A stretch of 64,000 bases of DNA from Alphaproteobacteria bacterium (GTDB lineage Bacteria; Pseudomonadota; Alphaproteobacteria; GCA-2731375). This document shows, in pieces, positions 1 through 10,470 of the stretch. Each line of letters opens with the position of its first letter. Position 1 is the stretch's first letter. The translations under genes were made by a program, and so were the position numbers. Location of the stretch: positions 3,520,001 through 3,584,000 of the forward strand of contig CBDDPY010000002.1 in NCBI GenBank assembly GCA_965232515.1, in the 5' to 3' direction. The notes under the pieces were generated by a model. It had not been told where the DNA came from and ran no database searches. It saw only the letters and a program-made list of their open reading frames with translations.

Positions 1-504
1 ATACTCCGTGGTCACGGCGCCGACGGCCAGAAATCCCTCGATTTCGGTCACCAGATACAGTGTCGGCCGGCCGTCGGGGCCCGCCATCACGCCGCTGAAG
101 CGAACGCTACCGGGCTCCACCAGCTGTTTGAACAGCGCCAGACGCTGTGGCGGCACGGCAACCGGACAGGGGTAACGCTCGTCACCCAGCGAACCGACGA
201 TGCGGCCGTCCTCCGGCCGGGCGATGCAGAGGTGCCGGAAGGTCAGATTCGACAGCAGTTCGCCCGTGCCGTCGATGGTCTTTCCATGCACGAGATTAAC
301 GGCCAGAACCCGAAAGCTGGACTTCACGTCGCGGTCGTAGCGTTCCAGCGCCGCGCTGAGGTTCTGAGCCAGCAGCAGATGCCGGTCGGTGACGTTTTCG
401 AATTCGTTCTGAAGTGCCTGTGAGTGCGGCCAAACGCCGAAAAAGATCACCGGAATGACGGTGACCATGGATAGTGCCGCGAACAAAATATACCGGAGCC
501 TCAC
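1..504 (-). CDS. Membrane-anchored sensor protein, N-terminal part (probable Cache-domain histidine kinase or cyclase); runs off the window
   Basis: Not in the ORF track. GTG at 504 follows a GAGGGAGG RBS. The frame stays open to position 1: MRLRYILFAALSMVTVIPVIFFGVWPHSQALQNEFENVTDRHLLLAQNLSAALERY..., a TM helix followed by a periplasmic sensor helix. Confidence 0.7.
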   Translation of the reverse strand, partial: MRLRYILFAALSMVTVIPVIFFGVWPHSQALQNEFENVTDRHLLLAQNLSAALERYDRDVKSSFRVLAVNLVHGKTIDGTGELLSNLTFRHLCIARPEDGRIVGSLGDERYPCPVAVPPQRLALFKQLVEPGSVRFSGVMAGPDGRPTLYLVTEIEGFLAVGAVTTEY

Positions 505-905
505 GAGAACCTCCCTCGGCAGCGTGATGGTCGGGCGGCGGGCCTGCGATCAACCTGCTGGGCGGCTGTCGTTACGCTGCGATCCGAACATCACAACGAC
601 GAACCAGCACATCGATTCTCAATCGGGCACCAAACGTACCCTACCTCGACACCTGTCATTTGTTTGCATTGCTTTCCCCTTATTCCGGCAAACCTCTGAC
701 AAATCGCGGGCTTATGTCAACATTTGTCGATTGCCGCGCGCCTTCGCGCCAGCGGCGTCGCCCCGGACGAACACACCCTGGCCGTCGCCTCCGTGCCGCC
801 CCCGGCGGAGTCGCGGCAGCGTCCGCACGGCCGGTATCATTAATAAAACCAAAACCTTTGTCGGCGACAACTCGGTAGGGGCTCGTTAACGAAGGAACGC
901 CGGCA

Positions 906-2117
906 GTGTCGAATATCGAGGAATTGCAGGCTCGCGTCGTCTCCGCCGAAGCGCGTCTGGCGCTGATCGGCGAGGAACATCAACGGTATAGCGACCGGCT
1001 GGTCTCGTTGATGAGCGTGGCTGAAGCGCAGATCAGCGAACAGTCGGCCGAGGCCGCCATGCGCCAGGCCGCCCTCGACGCCCTGCACCAAGAGAACGAG
1101 CAACTGCGCTCGATGCTGCACACCCTGCTGTTGACCGTCGAGGCCGGCAACGGCAAGGCGCTGGCCGCCACCATGCACGACCTGGAGGCGAAGTTCAGCG
1201 CCATGCTGGCGACGAAGGCCGACGCGGCACCGACGCCCGAAGGCGACGAACCGCCGGCCGCCGTCGAGGCGTCGGATGCCGACACCGAGGCGGACGCGCC
1301 GGCCGACGAGGCGCCCGCATCGGATGCCGACGCGGCCGTGTCGGCGCTCGATGACGCCGAGCCCGAAGCTGCCGGCGTCGACGTCGCGGAAGCCGAAACC
1401 GTTGAGGCCGAGGCTGCGGAAGCTGAGGTGGCGGCGGCCGAAGTTCCGGACGTCCAGGTCGCCGAAGACGATGTCGCGGAAAACGAGCCCCACGCCCCCG
1501 CCGAGCTCGTTGCCGACCCGGAGGAAGCTCTCGACGATACCTTGTCCGACGGCCTTGACGCGACCGGCGACGCGGATACGGACGCCGTGGCCGCCATGGA
1601 GCCGGCCGATGACGGCGATGTCGCCGGCGACGACGCGGTCGCCCTGGCGGACGCCGAAGACGAAATAGCCTTCGAGGAAGAACCGCTGATCGACGAGGCC
1701 GAGCAAACGCCGGCCGTGGATGCCGCCGAGGCCGAGCCGCCCGCAGCGGCGTTGACCGAGCCGACGGCCGAAGAGAGCGATCCGGATGCCATCGGCGCGG
1801 AACCGTTGGCGGACGAGACGCCTGAGACGGCCGAGCCAGCCGAGGCCGATGCGCTGATCCCGGACGACACCGAGCCGGCGGACGCCCTGTCGGCGGATTC
1901 CGAGCCGGCGGACGTCGCGGCCGACGAGCCGGCCGCCGAGGGCGACAATGCCGCCGATGCGTTGTTGGCCATGCATGCCGAGGAAGATCCGCAATCGGCC
2001 GACCTGGGCTTTGCCGACGCACCGCCGGCGGCCGAAGACGAATCGCCGATGAAGCAGATTCTCCACGGCGTGCGCCAGCAACTCGCCGATTCCGACCGCC
2101 CCGCCGCCGTCGGCTAG
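906..2117 (+). CDS. Hypothetical protein: N-terminal coiled coil, long acidic Ala/Glu/Asp/Pro disordered region, short C-terminal helix
   Basis: 403-aa ORF with GAAGGAA RBS before the GTG and host-like codon usage. Confidence 0.8.
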   Translation: MSNIEELQARVVSAEARLALIGEEHQRYSDRLVSLMSVAEAQISEQSAEAAMRQAALDALHQENEQLRSMLHTLLLTVEAGNGKALAATMHDLEAKFSAMLATKADAAPTPEGDEPPAAVEASDADTEADAPADEAPASDADAAVSALDDAEPEAAGVDVAEAETVEAEAAEAEVAAAEVPDVQVAEDDVAENEPHAPAELVADPEEALDDTLSDGLDATGDADTDAVAAMEPADDGDVAGDDAVALADAEDEIAFEEEPLIDEAEQTPAVDAAEAEPPAAALTEPTAEESDPDAIGAEPLADETPETAEPAEADALIPDDTEPADALSADSEPADVAADEPAAEGDNAADALLAMHAEEDPQSADLGFADAPPAAEDESPMKQILHGVRQQLADSDRPAAVG

Positions 2118-2222
2118 CGGAAAACACCAACGTCCGACCGGACGGCCGGAATTCTGGCCGTCCACCGACATCACCTGCTACCCTGCCGCCGGCAACGAGC
2201 GGCAGTTGGTGACGATATCGGC

Positions 2223-3428
2223 ATGACAGCGACCGTGGAAACGGGCGGACGGGACCTGCGCGTGATCGGCTTGATCGGCGCCGGCCATTTCCTGAGCCAC
2301 TTCTACATGCTGATCCTGCCGCCGCTGTTTCCGGTGCTGAAGGCCGAGCTCGGCGTCGGCTACGCGGCGCTGGGGCTGCTGGCCACGACGTTTGCCGTGG
2401 TCTCGGGCGTCACCCAGATCCCGGTCGGCTTTCTGGTCGACCGGTTCGGGGCGCGGCCGATCCTGATCGCCGGTCTGGTTCTCGAATCCGCCGCCATCAT
2501 CGGCATGGGCCTGACCGGCTCCTACTACTGGTTGCTGGTCTTCGCCGCCGTCGCCGGTCTCGCCAACAGCGTCTACCACCCGGCCGACTACGCCATTATC
2601 TCGGCCAACATCGGCGAGCGCCGGATCGGCCGCGCCTTCAGCCTGCACACCTTCTGCGGTTATGCCGGCAACGCCGCCGCGCCGCTGACGATCCTGGCGG
2701 CGCACCAGCTGTGGGGCTGGCAGAACGCCTTGATCGCCGCCGGTTGCGTCGGGTTGGTCGTCGCGCTGGCCATGCTGTTGAACGCCGATGCGCTCGACAG
2801 CAACAATGGCCGGTCAGACGGCAAGCCGGAGGCGACGACGGGACCGGCGGCCCCCAACGGCGCCCGCCTGCTGCTGTCGGCGCCGATCCTTATGTGTTTC
2901 CTGTTCTTCGTCATGCTGGCGATGTCGTCGAGCGGCCTCAGCAATTTCGGCATCGCCGCCTTTGTCGCCGTGTTCGAGATGCCGCTGACCGACGCCAGCG
3001 CGGCGCTGACGGCATTTCTGGTCGGCGGCGCCTTGGGCATCCTGCTGGGCGGCATCATCGCCGACCGCACGACCCGGCACGCGAGCGTCGCCATGGCCGG
3101 CTTCGGCGCCACCGCCTGCCTGATTCTTTTTGTCGGCAATGTCGCCATGCCGATCCTGGTCCTGATCGGCGTGCTCGGCCTGGCCGGAATCCTGCACGGC
3201 ATGATCATGCCGTCGCGCGATATGCTGGTGCGGGCGGTCACCCCGCCCGGCTCGATGGGCAAGGTGTTCGGCTTCGTGTCGACCGGATTGAACGTCGGCT
3301 CGGCGATCACGCCGGCGATCTTCGGATGGATCATGGATCGCGGCGATCCGCAGATCGTGTTCTGGCTGTCGGCGTTGTTCATGTTCGGCGCGCTCGGCAC
3401 CGTGGTCGCCGCCAAGGCCACGCGGTAG
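2223..3428 (+). CDS. MFS transporter (Fsr-like)
   Basis: About 12 hydrophobic segments; GFLVDRFGAR motif A; HFLSHFY and YHPAD motifs. Confidence 0.9.
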   Translation: MTATVETGGRDLRVIGLIGAGHFLSHFYMLILPPLFPVLKAELGVGYAALGLLATTFAVVSGVTQIPVGFLVDRFGARPILIAGLVLESAAIIGMGLTGSYYWLLVFAAVAGLANSVYHPADYAIISANIGERRIGRAFSLHTFCGYAGNAAAPLTILAAHQLWGWQNALIAAGCVGLVVALAMLLNADALDSNNGRSDGKPEATTGPAAPNGARLLLSAPILMCFLFFVMLAMSSSGLSNFGIAAFVAVFEMPLTDASAALTAFLVGGALGILLGGIIADRTTRHASVAMAGFGATACLILFVGNVAMPILVLIGVLGLAGILHGMIMPSRDMLVRAVTPPGSMGKVFGFVSTGLNVGSAITPAIFGWIMDRGDPQIVFWLSALFMFGALGTVVAAKATR

Positions 3429-3543
3429 CGGCGAATCTACCTCGATTTGGGAAGAATCCTCGAACGCCATCGTCAGGGTTGAGATTCATTAGGAACAACT
3501 TTAGAAATTCGTGTGACGTATGAGTTGCGTCGTGCGGTCTGCG

Positions 3544-4350
3544 ATGTCGCGGATCGTAATTTTGGGGGTCAAAGAAGTGAGCAGTTTAGATCGCATGCTC
3601 GGCTTGCTGTCGCTGTTCGACGACAAACGTCCCGTTTGGACCGTCGAACAGGCCGTCGAGTCGACGAATTACTCCCGCAGCACCGTATATCGCTATTTCA
3701 AGAGCCTTTGCGGAATCGGCTTGTTGGATCCGATATCGGGCGGCGGCTACACACTTGGGCCTGGCATCATTGCGCTCGATCGACGCATTCGAACGCAGGA
3801 CCCGCTGTTGTCACTGGCACAGCCGGTTGCGGCCGGTCTGATGCGGCAGAGCGGCGAGAGCGTTCTGCTGTACCGCACCTATGGCGACTGTGCCATCTGC
3901 CTGCACCATGAGCAGGCGCCGCATGATCGATCGGAGGAGTCGCGCCGCGGCGTCACCTCGCCGATCTATCTTGGCGCCAGTGGCAAGGTGATGCTGTCGC
4001 GCACGCCGACGCGCCGCCTGCGCACGCTGCACCGGCGGAACCAACGGGAACTCGCGGATGCCGGTCTCGGTCAGGAGTGGAGCGAGTTTCGCAGTCGCCT
4101 GCTGACCATCCGGCGGGCCGGCCATTTCGTCAGCCACGGCGAATTGCGGCCGGGACGGATCTGTGTCGCGGTGCCAGTCAGCGACGCGCAACAACGCGTC
4201 GTGGCAAGTCTGTCGCTGTGCATGCCGGCCGAACGCTATCGCGAGGACCGGTTGTCGGTCTATCTGGGATCGCTGCAGAACGCCGCCGACAAGATCGTCG
4301 GCGGGCTCGACCGGCAGATGTCGGGGATCGGGCTGTCGAAGTCGGCCTGA
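3544..4350 (+). CDS. IclR-family transcriptional regulator
   Basis: N-terminal HTH (SRSTVYRYFKSL); GASGKVML and CVAVPV motifs of the effector domain. Start uncertain (3520, 3544 or 3577). Confidence 0.88.
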   Translation: MSRIVILGVKEVSSLDRMLGLLSLFDDKRPVWTVEQAVESTNYSRSTVYRYFKSLCGIGLLDPISGGGYTLGPGIIALDRRIRTQDPLLSLAQPVAAGLMRQSGESVLLYRTYGDCAICLHHEQAPHDRSEESRRGVTSPIYLGASGKVMLSRTPTRRLRTLHRRNQRELADAGLGQEWSEFRSRLLTIRRAGHFVSHGELRPGRICVAVPVSDAQQRVVASLSLCMPAERYREDRLSVYLGSLQNAADKIVGGLDRQMSGIGLSKSA

Positions 4351-4422
4351 CCACGGCAACCAGCGGCGCCGGCCAAGGTCGAGCCAATAGCGAACCGGCG
4401 CCCGCGGACGGCGCAGGAAGGG

Positions 4423-5505
4423 TTATTGCCCGTTGGTCGACAGATCGATGTCGGCGCCGACGGCGTCGGTCACCGACGTGTAGCCGTCCGCGCGCACGAG
4501 ATCGGCGAGTTCGCGCTTGATGCGGCGAACCAACCCCGGTCCCTGAAAGATCAGCGCGGTGTAGAGCTGCACCAGCGTGGCCCCGGCGCGGATCTTGCGA
4601 TAGGCGGCGGCGCCGGAATCGACGCCGCCGACGCCGATTAGCGGCAGCCGCCCGGCGCTCGCCCGATAGAATCTGCCCAGCACATCGGTCGAGAGGTCGA
4701 GCAGCGGGGCGCCGCTCAAGCCGCCCTGCTCGTCGCGGCGGCTGTCACGCAGGTCGTTGCGAAGCCCGATCGTGGTGTTGCCGACGATCGCGCCGTCGAC
4801 GCCGACGTCAAGCGCGACCTCGGCAATCTCGACGATCTCCCGCTCGCCGATATCGGGCGCGAGCTTGACAAAAACAGGCGTCAGCCGCGGCGCCTTGCGG
4901 CCGTGCCGGTCCCGCGCCGACAGCACGGCCGACAGCAACCGCCGCAGACGATCGCCGGCCTGCAGATCGCGCAGGCCCGGCGTGTTCGGACTCGAGATGT
5001 TGACGGTGAAATAGTCGACCAGGCCATGCATGGCGGCGATACCGGAGACGTAATCGGCGACGGGATCGTCGCTGTCGCGGTTGGCGCCCAGATTGGCCCC
5101 GACGACGCCCGTGGCCATGCGCCCACGCAGCCGTTCGGCCGCCGCCGCCAATCCATGATTGTTGAATCCCAGCCGGTTGATCACGGCGCGGTCGCGCGAC
5201 AACCGGAAGATCCGCGGCCGCGGATTGCCCGCCTGTGGCCGCGGCGTAATCGAGCCGACCTCGACGAAGCCGAATCCCAAGGCCAGCATCCGCTCGGGCA
5301 CCTCGGCATCCTTGTCGAAACCGGCCGCCAATCCGATCGGGTTGGGCAGATACATGTCGAACAGGCGCGTCGCCAGGCAGGCGTCATCCACCGAACGGTC
5401 GCGCGGCACCAGCCCCAGGGACAAGGCGCCGATCGTCAACCGGTGCGCGGTCTCGGGCTCGACCAGATGCAGCAACGGTAGGGCCGCGCGCCAAAAATCA
5501 GGCAT
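4423..5505 (-). CDS. pyrD: Quinone-dependent dihydroorotate dehydrogenase (class 2)
   Basis: NPIGLAAGFDKDA, NRLGFNN, NISSPNTPGLR and GGLSGAPL motifs. Confidence 0.97.
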   Translation of the reverse strand: MPDFWRAALPLLHLVEPETAHRLTIGALSLGLVPRDRSVDDACLATRLFDMYLPNPIGLAAGFDKDAEVPERMLALGFGFVEVGSITPRPQAGNPRPRIFRLSRDRAVINRLGFNNHGLAAAAERLRGRMATGVVGANLGANRDSDDPVADYVSGIAAMHGLVDYFTVNISSPNTPGLRDLQAGDRLRRLLSAVLSARDRHGRKAPRLTPVFVKLAPDIGEREIVEIAEVALDVGVDGAIVGNTTIGLRNDLRDSRRDEQGGLSGAPLLDLSTDVLGRFYRASAGRLPLIGVGGVDSGAAAYRKIRAGATLVQLYTALIFQGPGLVRRIKRELADLVRADGYTSVTDAVGADIDLSTNGQ

Positions 5506-5652
5506 CGGCGCGACCAGATGATCGCGTTCCTGTGTTTCCTCTTCCCTCTGCTTTTGTTCTCAACACGTCACAGATATCGCACCGGACATCCCTGAATTTT
5601 CCTAGTATTTCTTATTATTCCAAGCGACGGCGGTCTTATATAAGGTGACGTG

Positions 5653-6297
5653 ATGCTGACGCACAAGAGCATCTGGGCGGCGATCGATGCTCTCGCCACC
5701 GAGCATGGTCTGTCCGTCTCCGGGCTCGCGAAAAAGGCCGGCCTCGACCCGACCACGTTCAACAAGAGCAAGCGGGTCTCGCGCGAAGGCAAGCCGCGTT
5801 GGCCGAGCACCGAGAGCGTCGCCAAGATCCTCGACGCCACCGGCAGCACGCTGCCCGACCTGGTCACCCACATCGCCCGCACCGGCGACGGCATGCGGTT
5901 TTCCGGCCGGCGCATCCCGTTGATCGCCATGAACCACGCCAGCACGTCGGCCAGCTTCGACGAGCACGGCTATCCGGTGTCCGGCTGGGAAGACGAGATG
6001 GACTTCCCCGACATTTCCGATCCGCACGCCTTCGCCATGGAGATCACCGGTGACAGCATGTATCCGGTGCTGCGCGAAGGCGATTACGTCATCGTTTCGC
6101 CCCAGGCCGATCCCCGCCGCGGCGACCGCATCGTCGTGAAGTCGCGTCATGGCGACGTGATGGCGAAGGAACTGGTGCGGCGCACCGCGAACCGCATTGA
6201 GCTGCGGTCCATCAATCCGGGCTATCCGGACTTCACGCTGGAAGCCGACGAGGTGGCGTGGATGTCGCGCATCGTCTGGATCGGCCAGCAGGGCTGA
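5653..6297 (+). CDS. HTH transcriptional regulator with S24 (LexA/CI-like) peptidase domain
   Basis: N-terminal SGLAKKAGLDPTTFNKSKR..RWPSTES; catalytic GDSM serine and AKEL lysine. Confidence 0.92.
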   Translation: MLTHKSIWAAIDALATEHGLSVSGLAKKAGLDPTTFNKSKRVSREGKPRWPSTESVAKILDATGSTLPDLVTHIARTGDGMRFSGRRIPLIAMNHASTSASFDEHGYPVSGWEDEMDFPDISDPHAFAMEITGDSMYPVLREGDYVIVSPQADPRRGDRIVVKSRHGDVMAKELVRRTANRIELRSINPGYPDFTLEADEVAWMSRIVWIGQQG

Positions 6298-6458
6298 TTT
6301 GGCCGGCCGATAGCGCCGTTTCTTAACCAATCGGTCATTGGGATAAACCCAGAATTCTGAAACAAACCGTCACCTCGCCGGGCTGGCGGTCGGGCAGGCC
6401 GCACGTTATGTTGCCGGCAAATAAGCCACGCGCGTTGCGCGAAAATGGAGACGGGCCA

Positions 6459-7304
6459 ATGGACAGTATCTGTTACGTGGACGGTGAGTGGATCGAGGGC
6501 AACCCGAAGTTGACCGGGCCGATGAACCAGGCATTCTGGCTCGGCACGACAGTGTTTGACGGCGCGCGGGCCTTCGACGGCTGCGCGCCCGACGTCGACC
6601 AGCACTGCGAACGCCTGATCAATTCGACCCGCAGCCTGATGATGGAGCCGACCATGACGGCGGCGGAGATCACCGAGCTGTGCCTGGAAGGCGCACGCAA
6701 GTTCGAGAATGGCGCCGAGCTCTATATCCGGCCGATGTACTACGCGTCCGGCGGGTTCCTGCTGCCCGATCCCGAGACGACAACGTTCGTGCTCGCCGTC
6801 TACAAGTCGCCGATGCCCGACTTCTCCGGCATGGGTGTCTGCCTGTCGTCTCGTCGGCGACCGGCCCGCGAGATGGCGCCGACCGACGCCAAGGCGACGT
6901 GCCTCTATCCCAATACGGCGCGCGCCCTGAAGGAGGCGCAGGACCGGGGCTTCGACAACGCCGTGATCCTGGACGCCAACGGCAACGTCGCCGAGTTCGC
7001 GACCTCGAACCTGTGGATCGTCAAGGACGGCATCGCCAAGACGCCGGCCGTGAACGGCACCTTCCTGAACGGCGTTACCCGCCAGCGCACGATCCAGCTC
7101 CTGCGCGACGACGGCGTCGAAGTGCAGGAGACGACCGTCACCTTCGCCGACGTGATGGACGCCGACGAAGTGTTCAGCACCGGCAACTACGGCAAGGTGA
7201 CGCCGGTCATCCGCGTCGAGGATCGCGACCTGCAGCGCGGCCCCGTCACCAACAAGGCCCGCGACCTCTACTGGGACTACTCGAAGACGACATCGGCGCT
7301 CTAA
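6459..7304 (+). CDS. Class IV aminotransferase (branched-chain amino acid aminotransferase-like)
   Basis: VFDGARAF, AKATCLYPN (PLP lysine), EFATSNLW and FLNGVTRQ motifs; GGAGA RBS. Confidence 0.92.
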   Translation: MDSICYVDGEWIEGNPKLTGPMNQAFWLGTTVFDGARAFDGCAPDVDQHCERLINSTRSLMMEPTMTAAEITELCLEGARKFENGAELYIRPMYYASGGFLLPDPETTTFVLAVYKSPMPDFSGMGVCLSSRRRPAREMAPTDAKATCLYPNTARALKEAQDRGFDNAVILDANGNVAEFATSNLWIVKDGIAKTPAVNGTFLNGVTRQRTIQLLRDDGVEVQETTVTFADVMDADEVFSTGNYGKVTPVIRVEDRDLQRGPVTNKARDLYWDYSKTTSAL

Positions 7305-7417
7305 CCGTCGCCGCCGGTTTGTCGGCATCAAACGATCGGTGATATGCTCGTTCCCGATCTGATGGGACCGTGGTCCGGCTGAGTCCACCTGGTCCCGAGC
7401 AGGCCGGGAGACGGGGC

Positions 7418-8587
7418 ATGGACCAGCATTCGCAACCCGCGACGGCGCCGACGCGCGCGCAGTATGGCGCCGATATGGCCGACTATCTGCGCGACGGCGA
7501 GCGGCGGGCCAAAGAGATCGGCAACCGTGGTCCGGTTCGCTTCGACGCCGATGGCAAGCTGCATCCCGACATTTTGACCGCTTACTGGCGGCGCGGATTT
7601 TATGTCTTCGAAGACGTGATCGGTGCGGACGAGATCGCCGAGCTGCGCGCCGACGCCAACGACATGATCGAGCGGGCGCCCGTCCGGCCCGGCGCCGCGG
7701 TCGATGCGCAGGGCCGACCGGCGCTCGGCCGCGACTACGCACGCGAACCCTATACCTTCATCAAGCCGCTGTCTGACCCCTGGGGCGGCACGGACAAGCT
7801 GAACGGCCGGCATCCGAGCCAGATGACCCAGCCAACGCCGGACGCGGACGCGCCCGAGGATGTGGTCTATCTGATGTACGGCATGTGCCAGGCCATGCCG
7901 GCGGGCCTGCGTGTCTACGGCCATCCGGCGCTGCTGGCCATCGCCGAGGCGATCAACGGCCCCGACTTCGTGCCCTACAACGATGCGATCTTCGTCAAGC
8001 AGCCAGGGCTTGGCGGCTCGGTCGCCTGGCACCAGGACGGCGTGACGCACTGGGAGTCGCCCGACTGGGACGAAGGCATTCACGGCTTCAATTTTCAGGT
8101 TCAGCTCTATCCGACGACGGCCGCGAACTGCCTCTGGGTGATGCCGGGCACGCACAAGCTGGGCCGCATCGACATCAAGCGGCTGGTCGCCGAGAACGGC
8201 GGCAGCGACCGGCTACCGGGGGCCGTACCGCTGATCTGCGCCCCTGGCGACGTCACCATGGTCAACCGCCAGATGCTGCACGGTTCGTTCGCGAACACCT
8301 CGCCCGATATCCGGATCTCGCTCACCTTCGGCTTCCACCGCCGGACATCGGTGCTGGGCCAGCGCGGCAGTCTCAGCATGAGCGCCGATGAGGTCTACGA
8401 CGAACAGCGCATCTTCGAGCGCGCGTCCGTGATCGCCGTCGCCATCGACGCCCGCCGCCAGCGTTTTCCCGACGAGGCGCCCTTCCGCTACCAGCCGTTC
8501 GCCGGCCTGGAAGACGACTTCGCCTTCAGCGACGACACCTTCGAGCGGGTGATCCGCGACTACAACACCAAGGATCTGGCGATTTAG
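7418..8587 (+). CDS. Phytanoyl-CoA dioxygenase (PhyH) family Fe(II)/2OG oxygenase
   Basis: WHQD iron ligands, PGTHK, and distal His in LHGSFAN. Confidence 0.88.
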   Translation: MDQHSQPATAPTRAQYGADMADYLRDGERRAKEIGNRGPVRFDADGKLHPDILTAYWRRGFYVFEDVIGADEIAELRADANDMIERAPVRPGAAVDAQGRPALGRDYAREPYTFIKPLSDPWGGTDKLNGRHPSQMTQPTPDADAPEDVVYLMYGMCQAMPAGLRVYGHPALLAIAEAINGPDFVPYNDAIFVKQPGLGGSVAWHQDGVTHWESPDWDEGIHGFNFQVQLYPTTAANCLWVMPGTHKLGRIDIKRLVAENGGSDRLPGAVPLICAPGDVTMVNRQMLHGSFANTSPDIRISLTFGFHRRTSVLGQRGSLSMSADEVYDEQRIFERASVIAVAIDARRQRFPDEAPFRYQPFAGLEDDFAFSDDTFERVIRDYNTKDLAI

Positions 8588-8607
8588 CAGACATCGGCGA
8601 CCGCCGA

Positions 8608-8698
8608 CTGGATGCCCGAGTCAAGCCCGGGCATGACGATAAATTGTTGAATTTGCTATAATTTCGTCATTGCCGGGCTTGACCCGGCAATCCAGGGC
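8608..8698. repeat. REP-like composite palindrome, family 1 copy A (two inverted 31-bp hairpin units around an AT-rich spacer)
   Basis: CTGGATGCCCGAGTCAAGCCCGGGCATGACG...CGTCATTGCCGGGCTTGACCCGGCAATCCAG between convergent genes; homologous to copies at 16146 and 48574. Confidence 0.9.
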
Positions 8699-8751
8699 AG
8701 CAGTGCACCGAGCGTCGATAAGCTCTCTCGCTGCCTGTCACGTCAGCGCGT

Positions 8752-10362
8752 TCAAACCGCCTTGCTGGCGGGGCGATCGTCGGCGGCGAGGTCTTCGCCG
8801 GCGAGCGCGCGGCCGATGAGAACAGCGGTTTCGTGAATGCCGTAGAGGGCGACGAACGAGCCGAAGCGCGGACCCTGGCTCTGGCCGAACAGCACCTCGT
8901 AGAGGGCGCGGAACCAGTCGCGCAGGTTCTCGAATTCATGCCGCTTGCCGATCTCGTAGATCTCGTTCTGGATCGTCTCGGCGGACGCGACCGGGTCCAT
9001 CTCCAACAGCGCCTTGTGCAGATCGTCGAGCGCGGCACGCTCGCGGGCGTCCGGCTCACGATAGGTCTTGTTGGGCAGCACGAAGTCCCGGTAGTAGTTC
9101 AGCGCATAGCCGACCAACCGGTCGAGGATCGGATGGTTCGCGGGCGTGGCGCCCGGCACGTAGCGCTCGATGAAACCCCAGATCACTTCCTTGTCGTCGC
9201 TGTGCGCGGCGCCGACTAGGTTCATCAGCAGGCTGAAGGTCAACGGCACGTCTTCTTGCGGTGCGGCACCGCCATGGATGTGCCAGACCGGATTGGCGAG
9301 GCGCGCGTCGTCATCCTGTTGGGTGTACTTGCCCAAGTGCGTCAGGTAATCGTCGACGGCGCGCGGAATGACGTCGAAATAGAGCCGCTTCGCCTTACGC
9401 GGGGCCTGGAACATGTAAAGTGAGAGGCTCTCGGGCGCGGCGTAGCGCAGCCATTCCTCGATGGTCAGGCCGTTGCCGCGCGACTTCGAGATCTTCTCGC
9501 CGTTCTCGTCCAGGAACAGTTCGTAGTTGAAGCCCTCGGGCGGCCGGCCGCCGAGGATCTGATCGATACGGCTCGACAGCTTCACTGAGTCGATCAGGTC
9601 CTTGCCCGACATCTCGTAGTCGACGTCGAGCGCGTACCAGCGCATGGCCCAGTCGGCCTTCCATTGCAGCTTGCAGCGGCCGCCCGTGACCGGCGTCTCG
9701 ACCTTCGATCCGTCCTCGTCTTCGTAGACGATGGTGCCGGCGGCCTCGTCGCGCTCGATCACCGGCACCTGCAGCACGCGGCCGGTCTTGGCGCAGACCG
9801 GCAGGAACGGGCTGTAGGTCGCCCGCCGCTCCGGCCCCAGCGTCGGCAGGATCACCTGCATGATCTTGTCGTAGTGCTGGAGCACGCGCAGGAGCGCGTC
9901 GTCGAACCGGCCCCCGAGATAACAGTCGGTCGAGCTGACGAACTCGTACTCGAAGCCGAAATCGTCCAGGAACGCCTGCAGCCGGGCGTTGTTGTGATGC
10001 CCGAAGCTCTCATGCGTGCCGAACGGGTCCGGCACCTTGGTCAGCGGCTTGCCCAGGTGCTGTGCCACCATCTCGCGGTTCGGGATGTTGTCAGGCACCT
10101 TGCGCAGGCCGTCCATGTCATCGGAAAAGGCGAACAGCCGGGTCGGCAGGTCCGAGAGCTGCACGAAGGCATGGCGCACCATGCTGGTGCGGGCGACCTC
10201 GCCGAACGTGCCGATATGCGGCAGGCCGGACGGCCCGTAACCCGTCTCGAACAGCACGTAGCCCTTCTCGGGCGCGCCGTCCTTCAGACGGTCGAGCAGC
10301 TTGCGGGCCTCCTGGAACGGCCAGGCGTTGCTTTGCAACGCGGTGTCGGCGTTTTCGGGCAT
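8752..10362 (-). CDS. lysS: Class I lysyl-tRNA synthetase
   Basis: [26 protein letters not shown] (HIGH-like), KISKSRGN (KMSKS-like) and GPRFGSF motifs. Confidence 0.97.
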   Translation of the reverse strand: MPENADTALQSNAWPFQEARKLLDRLKDGAPEKGYVLFETGYGPSGLPHIGTFGEVARTSMVRHAFVQLSDLPTRLFAFSDDMDGLRKVPDNIPNREMVAQHLGKPLTKVPDPFGTHESFGHHNNARLQAFLDDFGFEYEFVSSTDCYLGGRFDDALLRVLQHYDKIMQVILPTLGPERRATYSPFLPVCAKTGRVLQVPVIERDEAAGTIVYEDEDGSKVETPVTGGRCKLQWKADWAMRWYALDVDYEMSGKDLIDSVKLSSRIDQILGGRPPEGFNYELFLDENGEKISKSRGNGLTIEEWLRYAAPESLSLYMFQAPRKAKRLYFDVIPRAVDDYLTHLGKYTQQDDDARLANPVWHIHGGAAPQEDVPLTFSLLMNLVGAAHSDDKEVIWGFIERYVPGATPANHPILDRLVGYALNYYRDFVLPNKTYREPDARERAALDDLHKALLEMDPVASAETIQNEIYEIGKRHEFENLRDWFRALYEVLFGQSQGPRFGSFVALYGIHETAVLIGRALAGEDLAADDRPASKAV

Positions 10363-10470
10363 GGGCGGTCGGTTCCGAATGATTCGCGGGGCGCACCATA
10401 CCGCAGCCGCGACCGGCGTCAACGCTCGAGGCGGCGATGCAGATTAGGCATATCGGGCTATAGTCCGCCC

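Noticed and set aside
835-895. CtrA boxes upstream of the acidic protein
   Set aside because: Only half-sites (TTAAC, TTAAT) with two or more mismatches in the partner half; too weak to call.
840-2174. Several long antisense ORFs over the acidic protein, and similar ones throughout the window (e.g. 23183..25195, 14475..16112, 57934..59718)
   Set aside because: Typical stop-poor shadow frames of high-GC coding DNA, Arg/Gly/Pro-rich with no recognisable motifs.
5653-6297. CI-like repressor as a prophage marker
   Set aside because: Flanked by pyrD and an aminotransferase, with no phage genes nearby.
8608-8698. REP elements as a possible CRISPR array or IS ends
   Set aside because: The units are inverted pairs and dispersed rather than tandem direct repeats with spacers; no cas or transposase gene in the window.
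9664-10470. Apparent 270-aa N-terminal extension of the DinG ORF (1185 aa)
   Set aside because: It is the antisense shadow of lysS; the real start is the ATG at 10471.
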